Origin: an uncultured bacterium
GTDB lineage: Bacteria > Patescibacteriota > Saccharimonadia > Saccharimonadales > UBA4665
Direction of reading: 5' to 3'
NCBI GenBank assembly: GCA_966427515.1
Contig: CBJLZK010000001.1
Coordinates: forward strand, 1-24,075
Length of the DNA stretch: 24,075 bases
Part shown: positions 15,816 through 22,049 of the stretch, piece by piece
Layout of the letters: every line of letters begins with the position of its first letter
Numbering within the stretch: the first letter of the stretch is position 1
The notes under the pieces: generated by a model
Told to the model about the DNA's origin: nothing
Databases searched by the model: none
Seen by the model: the letters and a program-made list of their open reading frames with translations, nothing else
Translations under genes and position numbers: made by a program

Positions 15816-17594
15816 TTATTGTTCAGCCGGGACGCTTACCAAGTCTTCAGCGTGTTTGAGTTGGCGCTTCCACAACCGGGAGTAGACGCCGTTTTGCGCT
15901 AGCAATTCTTCGTGGGAGCCGTCCTCGACGCATTTCCCCTTTTCGATCACCACAATGCGGTCCATTTCGGAGAGCGTGCTCAAGCGGTGCGCAATCACAA
16001 TGGCGGTCTTGCCCTTTAGGATTTCCGAGAATGAATCCTTAATAATTTGTTCACTTTCACTATCAAGGGCGCTGGTAGCCTCATCCAGGATCATAATTGG
16101 CGAATGCCGCAACACTGCCCGGGCAATAGCGATACGCTGCTTTTGGCCGCCAGACAGCTTGACGCCGCGCTCACCCACCACGCTATCAACGCCACCAGGT
16201 AGCTGTTCGATAAAATGCATGGCATGTGCCGACGTAAGCGCCTTGGTAATTTCTTTTTCGGGTGCGTCTTTGCGGCCTAGCAACACGTTCTCTTTGATCG
16301 AGGCATGGAATAACAACGGCTCCTGGGGCACGTATGCGATCTGGTTACGCAATTCGGCTTGCTTAACCGTGCGGATATCCACGCCATCCAGCAGCACTTC
16401 GCCATCATTAACGTCGTTAAAACGCAGCAGCAGCTTGGTAAGCGTGCTCTTGCCTGCACCGCTCAAACCAACGACACCAATTTTTTGGCCAGCTGGAATG
16501 TGCAACGAAAAATCCTTGAACACCTGCTGGGCACCGTTCTCGTACGAGAACGAAATATTTTTGAGTTCGATATCACCCTTTACTTTGCCAAGCTTCTTTG
16601 GCTTGGCAGGATCGGTCACTTTATTTTTGCGGCCCAACACATCAAAAGCTGGCAGGATTTTGTCGACAAAGTCATCGTGCTCATCAAGATCGTCGGTAAG
16701 CGAATAAATACCGGTCAGGATAGTTGTCGTGTATGTCACCACCAGCACCGCTGCAGTAATACTGATGTGCCCCGCACTCATCCGCTGCACCGTCAGCCAC
16801 AATAGCACCAGGAAAATAGTCACCGTGATTGCTTCACGGAAAGCCACAAGCTTTGCCTGTTTGGCGTACTTCTTGCTAAAAATTTCGGATTCAAGCCGTG
16901 CGCTCGTAGCAACTTCTGTGGAGTACGCCTCTTCTTGGGCCGTCGAACGAACCGCCAGAATATTCGAAATAATGTCAGACATACGGCCAGAATTCTTTTT
17001 GTACAGTTCGCGGGTCTGGGTCCTGAGCGGCGCAATGGTGTTTGACGCCCACAGCAGATATCCTGCCTGCACCACGCTCAACACCAGCGCCACCAGGCCG
17101 AGCCACATGTCGAGCCAAAAGATAACGATCAACGGGAACAAAATGCTTAGGACCGTTGTCGTGTAACGATCGCGAAGCGCTCTAATTAGCAGCACGCAAC
17201 TATCGACATACTGCCTGGTAGCCGCAGTCAGATATCCACTTTGATTGTCATTAAAGAAATCTATGTCTGCGTTCACCAAACGCGAAAAATAGCGGCCAGT
17301 CGATGCATCATACACTTTATTTTCGCCAAGCATACCAATGTATTTGACCAACGGCGTCAGGACACCTAGCGTCGCCGAAAACGTAACGTAGAGTAGCACT
17401 GCCTTGTAGGCTGCAGAGTAGTCATGCAAGGACAACTTGGCGATAATAATACTGATCGCCACCGGCAAAGCCACGATCCGGCACAGCCGGGCCGCAATCT
17501 GCATAATAAATGACAAACGGACTAACCAGGATTGGCCATAAGTCTGCCACAAATGGGAATACACCAGCCGGTATTTGCTGAGACCTCGGAACAT
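15816..17594 (-). CDS. ABC exporter, fused TMD-NBD half transporter (MsbA-like)
   Basis: TM helices followed by Walker A GLSGAGKS, Q-loop YVPQE, signature LSGGQ, Walker B ILDEATSALD and H-loop IAHR. Confidence 0.93.
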   Translation of the reverse strand: MFRGLSKYRLVYSHLWQTYGQSWLVRLSFIMQIAARLCRIVALPVAISIIIAKLSLHDYSAAYKAVLLYVTFSATLGVLTPLVKYIGMLGENKVYDASTGRYFSRLVNADIDFFNDNQSGYLTAATRQYVDSCVLLIRALRDRYTTTVLSILFPLIVIFWLDMWLGLVALVLSVVQAGYLLWASNTIAPLRTQTRELYKKNSGRMSDIISNILAVRSTAQEEAYSTEVATSARLESEIFSKKYAKQAKLVAFREAITVTIFLVLLWLTVQRMSAGHISITAAVLVVTYTTTILTGIYSLTDDLDEHDDFVDKILPAFDVLGRKNKVTDPAKPKKLGKVKGDIELKNISFSYENGAQQVFKDFSLHIPAGQKIGVVGLSGAGKSTLTKLLLRFNDVNDGEVLLDGVDIRTVKQAELRNQIAYVPQEPLLFHASIKENVLLGRKDAPEKEITKALTSAHAMHFIEQLPGGVDSVVGERGVKLSGGQKQRIAIARAVLRHSPIMILDEATSALDSESEQIIKDSFSEILKGKTAIVIAHRLSTLSEMDRIVVIEKGKCVEDGSHEELLAQNGVYSRLWKRQLKHAEDLVSVPAEQ

Positions 17595-17600
17595 GCCGCT

Positions 17601-17609
17601 ATTGTAGCA
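17601..17609 (-). promoter_or_regulatory. Extended -10 (TGCTACAAT) for the leaderless ABC exporter
   Basis: Lies 6 nt upstream of ATG 17594. Confidence 0.7.
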
Positions 17610-17665
17610 CGAAGCGGTAAATTTCTTTCGTGTTCCACTCCCGTATAACTTGCCAGTAACGCAAG

Positions 17666-18547
17666 TTACTCGCTAGCTTCAATCTGCTTAGCTATCCAAG
17701 GAGCAAATTTACCTGATACGTCTATGTAGGCAGCAAGCCATGCCTCACGAATTTGCTCGTACTCCTCATCAAACTGTTGTTTCAGGGCATCTGGCCAGTC
17801 TTTAGTTTTGAGTAATTTTGGAGCTGGATCGGGCCATTGATTATTGGCCTTCAGAACTCGTCTTGCCGCAAGGTATTTAGTTTGCTGGGTTAAACCGCCG
17901 TCAACAAACAAAGGATCATCTTCGCTTTGCATGTCATCGGCGGCTAGGTCATTCAAATACACATAGTCCTCCCCCTCTTCGAGTCCCTCTTGGTCAAACA
18001 AGACTTTCACGGCGCCTTGGTTCAACCTTTCAGCGGCATTGACAATTTTACTCGTACGCTCAAGGATCTTACCCTGGTCTTCAGGGAGTTCTCCGTATCT
18101 GACAAGATAGTACGCTCCACGAGCCAGGCGACCGTTGCCATCATCAAACAAGTGAGCACCAATGATGGCGCAGTACATTTCTACTGCCGATTTCTGCATA
18201 CCCCGCTCACTAGGCTCAAGCTCATCAGAAAACTTTTTATAAAATCCCTGGAACATTTCGTGTGATCGCTCAGGTGGCTCAAGGGCAACACCTAAAACTG
18301 CTGAGGACACCCGTACTTTAGCCGACTCACCTCCCCATCGCTGGAACTTTTCCTCGCCACGCAGTAGCCCGTTCGATACAGATAACAAATCCAAAAACTG
18401 ATCGGCACTCGTACCTCGGATTGCATCAATACGTGCTTCGGGGTCGGCAACCTGAAGGCCGGCAAGTTCGGTAAATCGCTCGAAGCGGTCTATATTTTCG
18501 GGGTGACTAATATCCCCTAGGTGGTGGGCTAGGACTTGCTCTGACAT
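17666..18547 (-). CDS. Fic/Fido domain protein (putative AMPylase), 293 aa
   Basis: Canonical HxFx(D/E)GNGRxxR motif, HLFDDGNGRLAR, at about 18119-18154. Confidence 0.85.
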   Translation of the reverse strand: MSEQVLAHHLGDISHPENIDRFERFTELAGLQVADPEARIDAIRGTSADQFLDLLSVSNGLLRGEEKFQRWGGESAKVRVSSAVLGVALEPPERSHEMFQGFYKKFSDELEPSERGMQKSAVEMYCAIIGAHLFDDGNGRLARGAYYLVRYGELPEDQGKILERTSKIVNAAERLNQGAVKVLFDQEGLEEGEDYVYLNDLAADDMQSEDDPLFVDGGLTQQTKYLAARRVLKANNQWPDPAPKLLKTKDWPDALKQQFDEEYEQIREAWLAAYIDVSGKFAPWIAKQIEASE

Positions 18548-18577
18548 TTTGTTTGTTTATCTTAGTTTGTTATACAT

Positions 18578-18606
18578 ACATTAGCATTTTATTTATCTTA
18601 TGTCAA
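18578..18606 (-). promoter_or_regulatory. Sigma70 promoter for the Fic gene (TTGACA-N17-TAATGT, with extended TG)
   Basis: Perfect -35 at 18606-18601, a 17-bp spacer and TGC-TAATGT at 18586-18578. Confidence 0.7.
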
Positions 18607-18672
18607 TAATAGGCAATCACTGGCTTTTTTGGGGTTGAATTACGTTGATTCGCTTTGCAGTACTGCTACCTC

Positions 18673-18681
18673 TGTTATAAT
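18673..18681 (+). promoter_or_regulatory. Extended -10 (TGTTATAAT) for leaderless ychF
   Basis: Perfect TGnTATAAT 6 nt upstream of ATG 18688. Confidence 0.8.
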
Positions 18682-18687
18682 AGGTTT

Positions 18688-19770
18688 ATGAGTCTTTCTA
18701 TTGGTATTGTTGGCCTGCCCAACGTTGGTAAATCTACGCTATTTAATGCCCTGACCGGCAGCAACATCCTGGCAGCAAATTATCCGTTCGCCACCATCGA
18801 GCCTAACACCGGTATCGTTCCTATCCCTGATGAACGGCTTGTTAAGCTAGCTGATCTGTACCACTCCAAGAAAATTGTGCCCGCTACAGTAACATTCGTG
18901 GACATTGCTGGCCTGGTTGCAGGTGCCAGCCAAGGCGAAGGTTTGGGCAACCAGTTCCTGAGCCATATCCGCACTACCAACGCCATTATCCAAGTAGTGC
19001 GCGCCTTTAAAGATGATAACGTCGTCCACGTCGACAACGAGATCTCACCCCAGAAAGACATTGAAGTCATTAATACCGAACTAGTGCTGGCTGACCTCCA
19101 AACCGTCGACCGCCGCCTGCCCAAGATCGAAAAAGAATCGCGCGCCAACCCTAAGCTCAAGCCAGTGTATGATACCATTAAGCGCGCCCACGACTTGCTT
19201 GACGCCGGCAAACCCCTGTCGAGCGTAAGCGATCTAGATCTCGAGCACCTCGCCGACCTACAGCTCATTACCGCCAAGCCGGTTATCTACTTGTTCAACC
19301 TTGACGAGTCAGGCCTTGCAGACGACGCCCACAAAAAGCAGCTCGCAGAACTCGTGGCCCCTGCCCACGCTCTGTTTATCTGTGCCAAGCTCGAGAGCGA
19401 GCTACAAGGCCTTGATGCTGCCGACGCCCAAGAGCTGCTAGAAAGCTATGGCCAGAAAGAGTCGGGTCTAATCCAGCTAATCCACGCCGCCTACGACACG
19501 CTTGGCCTGCAAAGTTACCTGACCGCTGGCGAGCAAGAAGTCAGGGCTTGGACCATCCATAAGGGCGACACTGCTCCACAAGCTGCTGGAGTGATCCACG
19601 GCGACTTCGAACGTGGCTTCATTGCTGCCCAAGTAGTCGATTACCACGATCTACTGGCCGCTGGCTCAGAAACCGCAGCCAAAGCCGCAGGTAAAGTCCG
19701 TACCGAAGGCAAAACCTACGTCATGCAGCCAAACGACGTCGTGGAATTCCGCTTTAACGTTTCGAAATAA
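18688..19770 (+). CDS. ychF: Redox-regulated ribosome-binding ATPase YchF (start moved to MSLSIGIVG)
   Basis: GIVGLPNVGKSTLFNALT, ANYPFATIEPN, DIAGLV.GAS.GEGLGNQFL, APQAAGVIHGDFERGFI and C-terminal RFNV. Confidence 0.97.
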   Translation: MSLSIGIVGLPNVGKSTLFNALTGSNILAANYPFATIEPNTGIVPIPDERLVKLADLYHSKKIVPATVTFVDIAGLVAGASQGEGLGNQFLSHIRTTNAIIQVVRAFKDDNVVHVDNEISPQKDIEVINTELVLADLQTVDRRLPKIEKESRANPKLKPVYDTIKRAHDLLDAGKPLSSVSDLDLEHLADLQLITAKPVIYLFNLDESGLADDAHKKQLAELVAPAHALFICAKLESELQGLDAADAQELLESYGQKESGLIQLIHAAYDTLGLQSYLTAGEQEVRAWTIHKGDTAPQAAGVIHGDFERGFIAAQVVDYHDLLAAGSETAAKAAGKVRTEGKTYVMQPNDVVEFRFNVSK

Positions 19771-19781
19771 AACACAAAACC

Positions 19782-19837
19782 TTGCCACCTGTTCACGCCA
19801 AGCGGCAATGACAGGTTAGCCTAGAATCCTAGGGCAA
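19782..19837. other. Three-way-junction-like structure between convergent genes
   Basis: TTGCC(19782-86)/GGCAA(19833-37), ACCTGT(19787-92)/ACAGGT(19811-16) and CTAG-AATC-CTAG(19821-32). Confidence 0.35.
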
Positions 19838-19917
19838 CATTCCGTACTTTATTTCGTTAGTTTTTGTAAAGCGCGCTCTTTTTTGGAAGAGATTTTTAAC
19901 CAGACCAGCGTATTGGT

Positions 19918-20475
19918 CTAGTAGAACTTAGGAATGCGTCGGCGACGCATGGTTAGCGGCACATTCGTGTAGGGATTGAACTGGCCGCTGCGGTTGTTGC
20001 TTTGTATTGCAAGACTTCCGACAACTGGCGCTGTGTACTCGTTATCGCGGGCTTGGTTCTGGAAAAATTGCCGCTCAATGTAGTGTTGGCGGATATCCGT
20101 CACCCGCTGTTGTGCATAGTTGAGGATAATCCTCAGCCGGGCTTGGTTCCAGCTGATAAATACTAGCTTGCGGTTCGGCGTCATAATGCGCACCGTCCCT
20201 TCTAGTAATTGCCCGCTGTAGTCCATTTCGGAGATCATATCGAAGCGAAGGTCTTCAAGCGTTAGGAACATTGGCTTCTTGTCGATCAGGAGCAACCTTA
20301 AATTGGTCGCTACTAGGAGCGCGAAACCGTTCTCGTAACGCCCGTTGGTCGCTTGTGCGATCACCTCCCCGGGGACAAGGATGTTAGTCAACTCGCGTAT
20401 TTCTGGACGGTTCCAGAAGCGGAAGTTGCACCCTACCTTTTTGAGTTGGTCCTCAACCTGGTCTAGGCTCACCAT
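19918..20475 (-). CDS. Bacterial PH-domain protein (bPH_3/YokE-like; start moved to MVSLDQV)
   Basis: E..EL..IL.PGE.I...NGRY.NGFALLVATNLRLLLIDKK pattern typical of bacterial PH domains. An AGGAGG SD precedes ATG 20475. Confidence 0.75.
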   Translation of the reverse strand: MVSLDQVEDQLKKVGCNFRFWNRPEIRELTNILVPGEVIAQATNGRYENGFALLVATNLRLLLIDKKPMFLTLEDLRFDMISEMDYSGQLLEGTVRIMTPNRKLVFISWNQARLRIILNYAQQRVTDIRQHYIERQFFQNQARDNEYTAPVVGSLAIQSNNRSGQFNPYTNVPLTMRRRRIPKFY

Positions 20476-20566
20476 TACTTTCCTCCTTTCGCCAACCCCA
20501 CTGGTCAGCACTTTAATAGTAAAGCCAGGGGTTAATAGGTGTCGGTTAGCTTCATCACTTAGGGTT

Positions 20567-20582
20567 TGCGATATTCATCACA
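20567..20582. promoter_or_regulatory. CRP-type binding site 1 (TGCGA-N6-TCACA)
   Basis: 9/10 match to TGTGA-N6-TCACA with AT-rich flanks, in the intergenic region next to a crp gene. Confidence 0.7.
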
Positions 20583-20635
20583 TTAGTTTATTTTTGGCTT
20601 TACGAACAAAAACGAGCTTTTGTATTCCCGTAAAA

Positions 20636-20651
20636 TGTGATTTATGTCATA
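20636..20651. promoter_or_regulatory. CRP-type binding site 2 (TGTGA-N6-TCATA), overlapping the crp -10
   Basis: 9/10 match to the consensus, preceded by AAAA as in the E. coli extended consensus. Confidence 0.7.
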
Positions 20652-20653
20652 AT
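20645..20653 (+). promoter_or_regulatory. Extended -10 (TGTCATAAT) for leaderless crp
   Basis: Lies 6 nt upstream of ATG 20660. Confidence 0.65.
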
Positions 20654-20659
20654 GAAATT

Positions 20660-21313
20660 ATGTTGACGACCGATAGCCAGCACAACGCTCTCGTCAACTT
20701 GTTCCATCAAGGAACGAGACTGACCTACAAAAAAGGTGAATTTGTTATTAGACCCGGCGAATCTCCGTCGGGTATTTTTTATATCGCGCATGGCTTGGTC
20801 AAGGCTTACGACATTACCAAGTATGGCGAAGAAAACTTGCTGATCATACGCAAGAAAGGCGAAATTTTGGGCCTGACCTGGGCTATTACCGGCGAGGATC
20901 GCAATATTATTTACGCTACGTTGTCCCCTACCGAGTTATTCCAGATTAGCCGGGCGCAATTCCGGTCCTTCCTGCGCGACAACCCCACCGCCGCGTTGCC
21001 GCTTGTCGATATGCTGGTTAACATGTATCGTTTACACTCTGAGCGTATTTTGAACCTTGAGTACCGTTCTGTCCGGGAACGTCTGATCTCGTTTTTGGTT
21101 ACCACAGCACGCCGGTTTGGCAAACAAGGCAAAAGTGGCATCATCCTGGATGTGCCGCTCAGGCATCAAGACATTGCTAGTTCGATTAGCGCAACGCGCG
21201 AGACTGCTAGCCGCGAACTGGCAGTACTTGAACGTCAAGGCTTGATCATCCGTGACAAGCAATCGGTCATCACTATCACCGACCTCCAAAAACTCCGCAG
21301 CTACCTAGAATAA
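20660..21313 (+). CDS. Crp/Fnr family transcriptional regulator (start moved to MLTTDSQ)
   Basis: cNMP-binding fold (YKKGEFVIRPGE...IFYIAHGLVKAY...GEE) and HTH HQDIASSISATRETASREL carrying the CRP-like RE-x-x-x-R recognition helix. Confidence 0.93.
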   Translation: MLTTDSQHNALVNLFHQGTRLTYKKGEFVIRPGESPSGIFYIAHGLVKAYDITKYGEENLLIIRKKGEILGLTWAITGEDRNIIYATLSPTELFQISRAQFRSFLRDNPTAALPLVDMLVNMYRLHSERILNLEYRSVRERLISFLVTTARRFGKQGKSGIILDVPLRHQDIASSISATRETASRELAVLERQGLIIRDKQSVITITDLQKLRSYLE

Positions 21314-21332
21314 CCCAAAACATTTTGGGTTA
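21311..21332. terminator. Perfect inverted repeat joining two convergent stop codons (possible bidirectional terminator)
   Basis: TAACCCAAAA-CA-TTTTGGGTTA, where each arm begins with the TAA of one of the convergent genes. Confidence 0.55.
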
Positions 21333-21986
21333 CTTCCAGTGGGCGACGATTTCTTCGATAGTCTTGATGACCTTGTCATGCTCGGGGACGTCATTGACGT
21401 CATAGTAGTGGTCGGTAGACATATAGTCTTCGAGTACACTTAAACAAAAGATATCATCTGCTAGCACGTGCATGCGGTCTACCGCTGGCACGCTGGCAAG
21501 TGGTGTAGCAACAATGAGTTTTTTGATATGGATCGGCTTAAGATACTGTTGAGCAATGTCCAGGGCAAACCCATCCAATAGCCCGTCAGTAACCAAAATG
21601 ACATTGTGATCCTTAACCAAGTCCCGCTTGATCAAGCCGCCATGGCCCATCTGCTGGTGCATCTCTTGCATGGCGCTCATTTTTTCTTGCTCAATTAGCT
21701 GGTAGTACTCACCTGTAAACTCTTCGATTTCACCCTGAGAGTACTTTTGGTTATACGAGAACGCACCATCTTGGCTAATGCCCCCTACGGCTACATCTTC
21801 ACGTGGCAACTTGATGGCTTCGGTAAGCAGCATCGTTAGGACGCAGTGCAATTGCAGTGCAATCTGTGCGCCAACCATGACACCACCGTCATTAAGGGCC
21901 ACTACCGCACAATCCTGCCCCTTATATCTTTGCACTATTTGTTTTGCCAAAAGCTGACCGGCTTCAACGCGGCTTTTGAAATACAT
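21330..21986 (-). CDS. Phosphoribosyltransferase-fold protein (COG1926-like), degenerate PRPP loop
   Basis: F.SR.EAG..LA, VVAL..GGV.VG..IA, LIVATPLAS, AD.IFCL and YY pattern. The PRPP loop reads VILVTDGLLDG. Confidence 0.8.
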   Translation of the reverse strand: MYFKSRVEAGQLLAKQIVQRYKGQDCAVVALNDGGVMVGAQIALQLHCVLTMLLTEAIKLPREDVAVGGISQDGAFSYNQKYSQGEIEEFTGEYYQLIEQEKMSAMQEMHQQMGHGGLIKRDLVKDHNVILVTDGLLDGFALDIAQQYLKPIHIKKLIVATPLASVPAVDRMHVLADDIFCLSVLEDYMSTDHYYDVNDVPEHDKVIKTIEEIVAHWK

Positions 21987-21992
21987 AACCGC

Positions 21993-22001
21993 AGTGTACC
22001 A
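21993..22001 (-). promoter_or_regulatory. Extended -10 (TGGTACACT) for the leaderless PRT gene
   Basis: Lies 6 nt upstream of ATG 21986. Confidence 0.65.
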
Positions 22002-22049
22002 TCTTGGCTATCCCCGTACAACAGATTAGCCAACAGACAAGGCTAAAAA

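Noticed and set aside
15816-17594. ABC exporter as a dedicated secretion partner of the adhesin or Fic protein
   Set aside because: It has its own promoter, no C39 peptidase domain and no adjacent membrane-fusion protein. The large protein already has a Sec signal.
17646-17668. TAACTTGC-N7-GCAAGTTA inverted repeat at the Fic stop codon
   Set aside because: It could be a weak terminator, but there is no U-tract and the stem is low in GC, so it is not supported enough to call.
19790-19806. Minus-strand TGGCGTGAACAGGTGG resembling part of a ZTP riboswitch
   Set aside because: The CCACCGGGGAG and 3' CGCCTGGG elements are missing, and it is not upstream of a purine or folate gene.
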